From Nemertoderma westbladi (lineage: Eukaryota > Animalia > Xenacoelomorpha), in NCBI GenBank assembly GCA_032718475.1, contig JAUCBJ010008759.1:35089-99088 (forward strand): a stretch of 64,000 nucleotides of DNA. Reading direction: 5' to 3'. This document shows positions 52,399 through 64,000 of the stretch, piece by piece; positions within the stretch are counted from its first letter, which is position 1, and each line of letters begins with the position of its first letter. The notes under the pieces were generated by a model, which made no database searches, had not been told where the DNA came from, and worked only from the letters and a program-made list of their open reading frames with translations. Both the position numbers and the translations under genes were made by a program.

Positions 52399-54575
52399 TT
52401 ATTGACAGTGATACTCCAGGAAACAGTTCCGGTCGTTTACAACCATACACAGTCGAACATTGCATTTACTGCATTGTATAAAAGTTCTGTTATTTAAACC
52501 AGACTTACTGCAGAGGGCACATCGTCCGCGTTTTACAAACGTGGGTAAATGTAATGATGACACTGGGGGAAGGATGAGCTTAGCCCGCTTACTTACACCA
52601 TGGCAAAATGGTGAAGGAAAGGAACGCTTCCTACTACTGAAACCACCAATTAAAGATTTTCCAACCTCTATTTTGTACTTCAACAAACTTAACTGATGCT
52701 CCTTATCACTTATAGTAGTGTGAACTACATGGGTATTGACACACACGATATCCATGATATCGAAAAACATTCTTAAATAATATCTAAATTTAGATCGGCG
52801 ATCCAAACCATATGCAGCGTTTTTCTGATCTGCTAGGTCTACCCCCTTCATACCATAGTTGTACTCTTTCACAGCCTGTGGGCAGTCAACGGCTTTCTTC
52901 GACGAAGCTCCTTTCTCCCTGCAAGGCAAAATGTACAGTACTTATATATATATACTACGTAGTATTATGAATACTGTTAATTTATATATGTTATTAACTA
53001 ATCTATATTATATTATATACCGGTATATTATAATAAAAACTTTAGGTCTAAAATTAGTGCACTTTGTCTCATATTCCTTTTATTATCAACACCATTTACT
53101 ACTGCATATTATTTTACCAGAAATTAGTGTATAGACCTCACTTTTAGTTGTCCTTATTTTCAGATGTATGCATTGCATACTGTACCAGTATGTGCTGCAA
53201 CAATAATTAATAAATACACCATACCTCCGCAATACGGATGTCATCTGCGTTGGTTTTCCTACATTGGTCCCAACTAAACTGACGTCCATTCCATCCATTT
53301 CACAGCAACATTGTTGACAAATTGAACTTGGCACTCCCCGCGTACCATTTCTTTATCCGGTTTAAAACTCGGGAATTCCTTTCTATTAGATCGTACAGTT
53401 CCAAGGGAATATATTCCATTGTCGTATAGCGTTTGAACCAGGTTAACAGAAGTAAAAAAGTTGTCGAAGTAAACTCTAGTGAATGAATTTCGAATATTTT
53501 CTGTTAATTTTAAGACCACTCCTTCTCCTAACAAATAATCAGGAAGCAATTTTTTACCTAAGTAAAGATGGACTTCATATGTGTACCCAGACCTGCTGCC
53601 AGAACGTAGCCAAAACTTGAACCCCCATTTAATGGGTTTGTTCTTTATGTATTATTTCATCGCCGAGTGGCCCTTGAATTTAACCATATGTTCATCTACT
53701 GACTGTGAAGAACATCCAGACAAGGCACAGGCGAATGCGTCGTTTACATGGTCCAGGATGGGTCGGATCTTATATCCCCGGTCCACCATTTTACCATCTT
53801 CAACCAATTCACACATGAGGTTATCAGCAAAATGCAAATTTGCAAGTATTTCCTCAAATCTGGGGCGTGTCATTGTTTTATTAATTCCACTATTGCCAAT
53901 AAACTCATCTGTGGACCAGTAATCCCTGAGTGATGGTAACTTATTTATTGACATTATATAATTTACTCCAATAAATGCGCGCATTTCATCAGCACTGATC
54001 TCAAAAACTCGACCTGATTGTTCGGCATATTTCCTGCTTTCACAGACCAACAACTCAATAAGTTTATCCAACTTAGCAGACTTAGAAAATACCTCCATGG
54101 GAGTACAATTGTCCTCAAAATCCAGAAGCACATCGCCATCTTCACCATATAAGCATGTTTGACTTTTAGAGGGATTCTTTTTTTTCTTCCAGACCCACTT
54201 CTGTTCCGGTTTACATTTATCCTTTAAACATTCCGAGCTACTGGTAGAAACATCCGGTTGTATGACTACCAGTACATCAGGATCAGGAACAACGACATGA
54301 ATGTTCGCCTCAGGAACTATACCTATGGGATTTACCGGTACCGGTACTTCGACTTCATTAGGACTAATGTTATAAATCTCATCATTTACCCCTACCGGTA
54401 GGCCTAGATTTATTCCAGGATCATTCTCCACTACAAACTCAGTGTCTGAGTCATTCATCAAGTTATCGATAAAGCTTTCGGTGTCACTTTCAACTTGGTC
54501 CAATAAAGCAAAAGCATCGTCATAATCACTGAGACAAAAATATTTCTTCCTAGCGCTTTTTGCAGGTTTATCCAT
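52399..54575 (-). pseudogene. piggyBac transposase with a stop, frameshifts and a probable intron at 52919-53224
   Basis: SVDEHMVKFKG, KPIKWGFKFW, VYFDNFFTS, GTVRSNR, YNYGMKGVDLADQ and a C-terminal Cys-rich domain; likely ATG at 54575. Confidence 0.9.
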
Positions 54576-54579
54576 TGCC

Positions 54580-55217
54580 GCAAAGGGTACTGCAGTACCG
54601 GCACAAAACAACGCAGTGACAACCAATATAATTAGCGGTATAGGCCTACTGGCTACCGGTACTGGGATATGCTTATTTATGACAGCAGGTGTATCTACCT
54701 ACCGTACATACATGATGACAGACGATAAGGACCACAAAGGGTACTGCAGTACCGGTACAAAACAATGCAGTGACAACCAATATAATTAGCGGTATAGGCC
54801 TACTGGCTACTGGTACTGGGATATGCTTATTTATGACAGCAGGTGTATCTACCTAACTGCCTAACACTGTACCGTACATACATGATGACAGACTATAGGG
54901 GCCGCAAAGGGTACTGCAGTACCGGTACAAAACAACGCAGTGACAACCAATATAATTAGCGGTATAGGCCTACTGGCTACTGGTACTGGGATATGCTTAT
55001 CTATGACAGCAGGTGTATCTACCTAACACTGTACCATACATACATGATTACAGACTGTAGGGGCCGCAAAGGGTACTGCAGTACCGGTACAAAACAACGC
55101 AGTGACAACCAATATAATTAGTGGTATAGGCCTACTGGCTACCGGTACTGGGATATGCTTATTTATGACAGCATGTGTATCTACCTACCGTACATACATG
55201 ATGACAGACGATAAGGG
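54580..55217. repeat. ~160-bp tandem repeat x4 in the piggyBac 5' region
   Basis: CAAAGGGTACTGCAGTACCGG recurs at ~54580, 54735, 54905 and 55067. Confidence 0.9.
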
Positions 55218-56191
55218 CTGAATGAGAACAACCCCTTTGATGACACCAGGTACACCTGTGTCCAAATATGAAAAACGACACAAGGCAGTTATCAGACAAC
55301 ATTTATTGTAACCAAAAGTCAATGAGTATCATCATTTATTATCTAACATCACATTTTTTTTCGAAAAGGTTATCAACAACGTAGTCAAGGTTCTTTTTGA
55401 GAAGCTTTTTTCATGGTTGAGCGGATCCAAAATTTATGGGCGCAAAAAAAAAACAAAAAAAACAACCACCTCAACACATTTGTGGCATATATAAATCAAT
55501 ATTTATAAAACAACATCTATACTACACGAAAATTATTATATTCTTGACATTCATGCAGGTATGTTACCAGCATACGTGTTTATTTTTATTGTACACCAGT
55601 GTACCAGTGTCCTCAAGGGGTTAAGCTACCATATGGGGTGAGGTATCAATATACCAAAGAGATTTGTGATAATCTCGTTATTTCAGCTTCCGTAGTTACA
55701 AAGACATTAACAAAATGCTTATATTTATCTATTTTCCAGTTCCTACCCTCAATACGTGGGAAAGGCAGGTGCTGCCCTAGCCTAGGCTAACTGCCCTAGC
55801 ACTAACTAGCCTAGGCTATTGTGCCTTCCTTCATCCCATATGTAAAAAAATATGAAGTGACTACCAAGTTGGACTAGGCGTGTACTATATTTCATTAAGC
55901 ACACTTGTGTGCTTCTTATAACACCACAATTACGGAAGGTCCGGACTTAATGCATATTATGTAATATTTCATAACTATGATAAATAAATAAATAAAATAA
56001 AAAATAAATAAAAAAATATGCCATTTTGACAATTTTCATTGCGTTTTTTTGAGAAATAGATTCTCACCACAATTTTAGCTATCGTATCTGTACGTAGAAG
56101 CGAAATATCAGTTCTCCAATGTGTATTATTGCGAATTTAAAGGAGAAAAATAGCATTGATTTGACTCCGTAAATAAGTAGACCAAGATAAG

Positions 56192-59100
56192 CTTATAATC
56201 CAGCACTGAATTAGCTGTATTTGTGGTAGTACCTTTGTACATCCTTATATAACCCAGCACTGAATTAGCTGTATTTGTGGTACCTCTGTACATCCTTATA
56301 TAACCCAGCACTGAATTAGCTGTATTTGTGGTACCTCTATACATCCTCATATAACTGAACACTGAATTAGCTGTATTTGTGGTAGTACCTTTGTACATCC
56401 TTATATAACCCAGCACTGAATTAGCTGTATTTGTGGTACCTCTGTACATCCTTATATAACCCAGCACTGAATTAGCTGTATTTGTGGTAACTCTGTACAT
56501 CCTTATATAACCCAGCACTGAATTAGCTGTATTTGTGGTACCTCTGTACATCCTTATATAACCCAGCACTGAATTAGCTGTATTTGTGGTAGTACCTGTG
56601 TACATCCTTATATAACCCAGCACTAAATTAGCTGTATTTGTGGTAGTACCTGTGTACATTCTTATATAACCCAGCACTGAATTAGCTGTATTTGTGGTAC
56701 CTCTGTACATCCTTATATAACCCAGCACTGAATTAGCTGTATTTGTGGTACCTCTATACATCCTCATATAACTGAACACTGAATTAGCTGTATTTGTGGT
56801 AGTACCTTTGTACATCCTTATATAACCCAGCACTGAATTAGCTGTATTTGTGGTACCTCTGTACATCCTTATATAACCCAGCACTGAATTAGCTGTATTT
56901 GTGGTAACTCTGTACATCCTTATATAACCCAGCACTGAATTAGCTGTATTTGTGGTACCTCTGTACATCCTTATATAACCCAGCACTGAATTAGCTGTAT
57001 TTGTGGTAGTACCTGTGTACATCCTTATATAACCCAGCACTAAATTAGCTGTATTTGTGGTAGTACCTGTGTACATTCTTATATAACCCAGCACTGAATT
57101 AGCTGTATTTGTGGTAACTCTGTACATCCTTATATAACCCAGCACTGAATTAGCTGTATTTGTGGTAGTATCTCTGTACATCCTTATATAACCCAGCACT
57201 GAATTAGCTGTATTTGTGGTAACTCTGTACATCCTTATATAACCCAGCACTGAATTAGCTGTATTTGTGGTACCTCTGTACATCCTTATATAACCCAGCA
57301 CTGAATTAGCTGTATTTGTGGTAGTATCTCTGTACATCCTTATATAACCCAGCACTGAATTAGCTGTATTTGTGGTAACTCTGTACATCCTTATATAACC
57401 CAGCACTGAATTAGCTGTATTTGTGGTACCTCTATACATCCTCATATAACCGAACACTGAATTAGCTGTATTTGTGGTAGTACCTTTGTACATCCTTATA
57501 TAACCCAGCACTGAATTAGCTGTATTTGTGGTACCTCTGTACATCCTTATATAACCCAGCACTGAATTAGCTGTATTTGTGGTAACTCTGTACATCCTTA
57601 TATAACCCAGCACTGAATTAGCTGTATTTGTGGTACCTCTGTACATCCTTATATAACCCAGCACTGAATTAGCTGTATTTGTGGTAGTACCTGTGTACAT
57701 CCTTATATAACCCAGCACTGAATTAGCTGTATTTGTGGTAGTACCTGTGTACATTCTTATATAACCCAGCACTGAATTAGCTGTATTTGTGGTAACTCTG
57801 TACATCCTTATATAACCCAGCACTGAATTAGCTGTATTTGTGGTAGTATCTCTGTACATCCTTATATAACCCAGCACTGAATTAGCTGTATTTGTGGTAA
57901 CTCTGTACATCCTTATATAACCCAGCACTGAATTAGCTGTATTTGTGGTAGTACCTGTGTACATCCTTATATAAACCAGCACTGAATTAGCTGTATTTGT
58001 GGTAGTACCTGTGTACATTCTTATATAACCCAGCACTGAATTAGCTGTATTTGTGGTAACTCTGTACATCCTTATATAACCCAGCACTGAATTAGCTGTA
58101 TTTGTGGTAGTATCTCTGTACATCCTTATATAACCCAGCACTGAATTAGCTGTATTTGTGGTAACTCTATACATCCTGATATAACCCAGCACTGAAATAG
58201 CTGTATTTGTGGTACCTCTGTACATCCTTATATAACCCAGCACTGAATTATATGTATTTGTGGTAACTCTGTACATCCATATATAACCCAGCACTGAATT
58301 AGCTGTATTTGTGGTAACTCTGTACATCCTTATATAACACAGCACTGAATTAGCTGTATTTGTGTACCTCTGTACATCTTTATATAACCCAGCACTGAAT
58401 TATATGTATTTGTGGTAACTCTGTACATCCATATATAACCCAGCACTGAATTAGCTGTATTTGTGGTAACTTTGTACATCCTTATATAACCCAGCACTGA
58501 ATTAGCTGTATTTGTGTACCTCTGTACATCTTTATATAACCCAGCACTGAATTAGCTGTATTTGTGGTAAATCTGTACATCCTTATATAACCCAGCATTG
58601 AATTAGCTGTATTTGTGGTAACTCTGTAAATCCTTATATAACCGAACACTGAATTAGCTGTATTTGTGGTAGTACCTGTGTACATCCTTATATAACCCAG
58701 CACTGAATTAGCTGTATTTGTGGTAACTCTGTACATCCTTATATAACCGAACACTGAATTAGCTGTATTTGTGGTAGTATCTCTGTACATACTTATATAA
58801 CCCAGCACTGAATTAGCTGTATTTGTGGTAGTACCTGTGTACATCCATATATAACCCATCACTGAATTTGCTGTATTTGTGGTAGTATATCTGCTCATCC
58901 TTATATAACCGAATACTGAAATAGCTGTATTTGTGGTAGTACAGTACCTGTGTACATCCATATATAACCCAGCATTGAATTAGCTGTAAATGTGGTATCT
59001 CTGTACATCCATATATAACCCAGCACTGAATTAGCTGTATTTGTGGTAGTATCTCTGTACATCCTTATATAACCCAGCACTGAATTAGCTGTGTTTGTGT

Positions 59101-59324
59101 GTCTCTGTACATCCTTATATAACCGGGCACTGAAATAGCTGTATTTGTGGTAGTACCTCTGTACATCCTTATATAACCCAGCAATGAATTAGCTGTATTT
59201 GTGGTAGTACCTCTGTACATACTTATATAACCCAGCACTGAATTAGCTGTATTTGTGGTAGTACCTGTGTACATATAACCCAGCATTGAATTAGCTGTAT
59301 TTGTGGTACCTCTGTACATCCTTA
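56192..59324. repeat. 51/54-bp minisatellite array of ~60 units
   Basis: Unit TTATATAACCCAGCACTGAATTAGCTGTATTTGTGGTA(GTA)CCTCTGTACATCC. Confidence 0.96.
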
Positions 59325-59639
59325 TCGCTATTATTTTGTCTTCATTCCACATAAGTATAATTTTCTTGTACACAACTCATATGGTGAAACTAACTAGCTG
59401 TGCTATTGTGCGAGTAAATATTAAAAGATAAAACAAATGAAGGACTGTCAGCCACAGGTATGAAAAAATAGTAGGTAATTAGGCCTAACAGACGTTTCGC
59501 AAGCCAATGGCTATCTTTATCAATGCTAAATTTTAAAAGTATTAATTATTGGGCACTGGACAGCAAAGTTACCGGTATACAGGCCTAGCAGTATATACTA
59601 TACAGTATACAAAAAATAGAAAGCACATATACAGTAAAA

Positions 59640-60380
59640 TTCAAATCTATTAACGGAAAAACATACAGTATAATGAAACATGTATAAACTACCACTACAG
59701 ACTACACACTACTGTACGTACAAGGTACAACGCACATACACACACATTACACAATATACAATAAGTGTACAAACAGAAAGCACATATTATACATTACAAT
59801 AGAAATGTATAAATGGATAAAACAAATACAGTAAAATATAAATGAATAAACTACTACAGCGCACATACAACAACTACAACTCACATATACAGAATAATAA
59901 TGTATAAACCCTAAACAGTAGGCCTACACATATACAAAGCACATACAGTATAATATAAATGAATACACAGTACACAACAACTGCAACGCATATATACAGT
60001 ATAATAATATTGTATAAAGATTTATACAGAACACATATACAAAGCACATACAGTATAATATAAATGAATAAACAGTACACAACTACAACGTACTTATACA
60101 GTAAAATAATAAAGTATAAACACTAAACAGTACACATATACGTATACGACGCACATACAGTATAATATAAACAATACACAACAACTACAACGCACATATA
60201 CAGTAAAATAATAAAGAATAAACACTAAACAGTACACATACGTATACGACGCACATACAGTATAAAATAAATACTACACAACAACTACAACGCACATATA
60301 CAGTAAAGTAATAAAGAATAAACACTAAACAGTACACATATACAACGCACATACAGTATAATATAGATGTATAAACAGAG
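59640..60380. repeat. Degenerate AC-rich tandem repeat
   Basis: Recurrent ACAACTACAACGCACATATACAGTA. Confidence 0.75.
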
Positions 60381-60899
60381 GCACAGTTAGGTAACCGATA
60401 GCGCGTTTACGATCGCTGGAAGCCAGCAACCGGATAACATGGTACCTGAGTTCCTATTGATTGAGTCATCGTTCGGGGACGAGATGATGGTCTCTCTTCG
60501 TCCATATGTTCTAATGAACGCAGACTCAACCAATAGTCGTGCTCTGGTATTGGTAACGTGGGCCAAGGTCTTGACATCACCAAAACCAGGGTTGCAGTTA
60601 CCATGGGAACCGAAAGCTGAGTTCTGGGAACTGCGCTGCCACCCTTTGCGGTGTTGTTCTACTCTGTCACTTTTTTTGTCTTTTAATGTGCTATTATAGT
60701 TGCTAGGTGCGGTTTATTTCTTCCGTTATATTAAATTTAATAGAGATTTAATGGGTAATTGAATGACATTCATAAACCTAAGGCTATTAATGAAATCCAG
60801 CCACAAAGTAAGTTCAGAATGATCTCAAATTTAACAGCCAGTGATAGCCGATATTCAAATGGGTTCACAGGTAAAAAATAAGAAAAAAAAAGTAAATTT

Positions 60900-61135
60900 T
60901 CTTCGGCCACTAGGCCAGGGATTACGCACAAAGTATTTCCAGTGTGGTCCCCCCAGAACTTTACTCCCCAGAGGAAACTCCAGTACTCATTTAGCTACCA
61001 CTTAAGGATGCAAGGCAGAGATGCGCCCTGGCTGGTCCCTTTAAAGCATTCGTGCCGAAACGAAAACTGCCCTGGTCCATGTGAGGATCGAACCCACGAC
61101 CTACAGAAGATGTGAATTCAATGCAACCACTACAA
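60900..61135 (-). mobile_element. tRNA-derived SINE (probable)
   Basis: Minus strand reads GGTCGTGGGTTCGATCCTCAC (B-box) at ~61081-61101, followed by non-tRNA body. Confidence 0.55.
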
Positions 61136-61862
61136 CAAGGTGGAACTCTGATGTCAGCAATCTGTCAGCAAACCAATTTGTCAGTCAAAAAGAAAAAATA
61201 AACGCTTTGGCCCTTCTGGTCCACAATACTGGAATATTGGTGCACCATATTGGTGCACCATATCGGTGCTAACTTACTGGGTCGCCGGCAGTGTAACGAA
61301 ATATTGGCGTTGTTGAATTATACTCAGCTAATAATATAAAGAAGCGGACCCACTGTTTCCGATTCCGAATTATATTAGCGTAAGTCGGAGGTCGGAGGAA
61401 ACAATTCGTAAACTCCAATACGTCCAAACCTCTTCAGCTCGAATTCTTTATTGCGTGAAGCGCTCCACATCACTTCGAAATTGAGCCGCCAACGTTGAAA
61501 TGTAAACAGCAGCTATTCAAAGTATTCATCGACCTAATATTAACTCCGTGGATCTGTGATACAACTACTGAGGTCACTGTCCAGTGTCCATTGTCGTCGC
61601 ACCCCAAATGTTGGGAACGCTGTTCCTTGATCCATATTATTTTATTAAAGAAATATAAATATATGAAAAATACGCAAAAATAAAACGCCACCCAATAGGA
61701 GATACTGTAACTGTCAAGTTTCAACTTAAGCGGATTTCAAAAAACAACATTTAGAGAAAATGTTCACTTTCAAATATTTCGCTCTCTGTGGTAAACAGGG
61801 GAATTGTGGACGACTCTGCCATTATTAGCAAGTCGTTATACTTGATTACTGTAAGAAAAAAA

Positions 61863-63490
61863 AGCTACTGGCTACTGGCTACTGGCTATGTGGCTACTGG
61901 CTACTGACTTCTGGCTACTGGCTACTGGCTACTGGCTACTGGCTACTGGCTACTGGCTACTGACCTAGAGCAAAAACGGCTCTAACGATTTTGATGAAAT
62001 TTTGCATGGACCATGAAAATAGATGTCTAAGGATACTTGTGAAATCGCGGTTTAAATTGAAACATCTCAACTTGTTTTATTTCGAAAAATAGCCCCAAAA
62101 CACGAAAATTGCCATAGGCGCAATGATAAAACACCAGATGGCACTCATGAAAAATGTATAGAGATGGCCTGGTAATGCATTCAATAGGAAGGGCAACTAA
62201 CAAAGAAGTACTTTCGCTGCCAAGTTTTATTATCACTCTACTCTACAACCCAGACAGTAATCAAACAAAACATTAACTGGTTTAGCTGAATATTACAGTC
62301 TCAGCTGAATAACTCTTCCCAATGCATCCTTGCTATGTTAATTAATTGGCGTGCAAGCTAAATGACTGTTAGTTATACAGTGTGTTGGCTACACTATTGA
62401 TTGTACTGTGCTCTCTAGCTCTCGGTTCAGTGTTTAAATCTCCGAAACCCTTTTATTTTTATAAAATTTATTACTTAGACTTATCTTTTCGGCGGGCAAA
62501 ATGTCCTATATTTTTCTTAATTTATGGGATAGCCTATTCGTGCAATACTTACTGGTACCTGTAGTTACTGTATGGTTTGGTGCAGTTTTCCTTGTGGTAG
62601 TTGGGTTGGGAGCACTACAATCGATTTTATATTTCATTTTTTAATAGGCCTTAGTGCCTGGGTACTAACAGTGGCCCAAGTGGTCCTAAATGCATTTAGT
62701 ATCTGAGGGAATAAGACCCCATTTCCTATTTTATTGTTTTCATATTAATATCACAATCCCTCTAAAGTCGCGGTTGTCTAACATAATATTATTTAAAGAA
62801 ACAGCCTATGCTGTAGTAGTCACCAAGTTTAAGTCTAAATGGATTGTAAATAACAAGGTCCGGAGATGTTAATGTTCAGGCATTTCGCCCTCTAGCGGTA
62901 GACTGGGGAACTGTAGACAACTTAGTGACTCCGTAAAGATACAGCATATGTTGCAGTAGATAGCTACCAAGTTTCAGCTCAAAAGCATTAAAAACAACCA
63001 AATGAGATCAGGTTTCACTATCGGACAATGTAATTACTTTCACTATCTAGCGGCAGACGGGATAACTTCAGACAGCAGAACTTCAGACGGCTCTGAGTAT
63101 TACGTTGCAAGGATTTTGGGCGAGACCTTTCTAACAAGCTATAGTAATCAAGATTTCATGGAGATGGATTTGATTGTATAGCCGATTGAGACAGGGGGAA
63201 TCTGGACGAAAATCCCATCTTGGCGAATTAATATCCCGCCTCAATGTTAAATTCTCAATTTAGGGAAAGGAGAAGGTTACAGTGGCACGTTATTTTAACC
63301 AAAACAATAAACTAACACAATAGAACAGGTTACAGTTTTATTTTTGAGAATAATCAGCTGTTATTTGCGTCGAATTTCCCCTGGAGAGGGATTAATTTTT
63401 ATTGCGTCGAAAGTCACTCCTATATGAGCCGATAAAAAATACACTTACAGACCAGACAGACAATAATTGATATTTATATTTATTAGATTT
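61863..63490 (+). mobile_element. Helitron/Helentron-like non-autonomous element(s)
   Basis: (CTACTGG)n then AAAACGGCTCTAACGATTTTGATGAAATTT; ends ACAGAC...TTTATATTATTAGAT; boundaries uncertain. Confidence 0.35.
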
Positions 63491-64000
63491 TAGATGTATG
63501 TATAATATTAGATAATATAATAATACAGTAAGTAGGCCCACAGAAATTTTCACTTTTAATATTCAGAACAGTAAAAGAATAAAAAAACTAAAATGTTATA
63601 AACCTCTTTTTCCACGCAGCCATTATTGATTATTGATTACAGTTCGCAACAGACAACCCACCCCAATCAACACTCCAGCCTCGCTTGATACTGTGCTGTG
63701 ACCAGCTAGCTACAGTATAGTTACAGACTTACAAACTCACAGACTCACAGACAGACAATGCATATTTATATATATTAGATTACTATGTAGACATAACCTT
63801 AGAAATACATATAAAAATATTGTAAATTTGTTGCTCTATAAATAAATATTATTATTGTCTTTAGTTTACTTACATTCGAGGAAGCGGAAAAAAATAAAAA
63901 CACTGGGGCATCTTTCATGTTGAAGTAAATCTGACGACTTATTTCCAGTGCAGTATTTGCAGTAAGGCCTAGAGTATGTCCTGCAGTCTGCCTGTGTCCT

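Larger units (their letters stand above)
51829..55620 (-). mobile_element. piggyBac DNA transposon, full-length and decayed
   Basis: TTAA at 51825-28 and 55621-24; TIR CCCCTTGAGGACA; internal inverted TIR-like copies at ~51961-51995 and ~55229-55263. Confidence 0.95.

Noticed and set aside
56192-59324. CRISPR-like array or a 739-aa repeat protein
   Set aside because: The variable parts are point variants of one sequence, not unique spacers; no cas genes; eukaryotic context; the ORF follows from unit lengths divisible by 3
61278-61630. GPCR ectodomain exon (GCDDNGHW resembles CxxNGxW)
   Set aside because: Could not establish consistent splice sites and frame or the other conserved cysteines; unresolved

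Overview
AT-rich animal genomic DNA with spliceosomal introns and dense transposable elements; nothing prokaryotic is evident. (1) 7.5-24.6 kb is a decayed BEL/Pao LTR retrotransposon (gag DUF1759-like region, 3 zinc knuckles, protease, RT, RNase H, integrase). Its 3' LTR is about 3.1 kb and carries an extra zinc-knuckle ORF in the U3 part. A hairpin array sits where a tRNA primer-binding site is expected, and a CRE-clade non-LTR element is nested inside pol. (2) 35.1 to at least 50.9 kb, minus strand, holds six exons (TM2 to C-tail) of a class B1 secretin/PTH-receptor-like GPCR that splice in frame. An intact single-exon mucolipin (TRPML) gene is nested antisense in one of its introns. (3) 51.8-55.6 kb is a TTAA-flanked piggyBac whose transposase appears to contain a GT-AG intron. 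The rest is RTE-like LINE fragments, palindromic MITEs, solo-LTR-like elements with 5-bp TSDs, a fold-back SINE, Helentron-like pieces and tandem arrays. All calls come from reading the sequence by eye; no searches were run and repeat boundaries are approximate.
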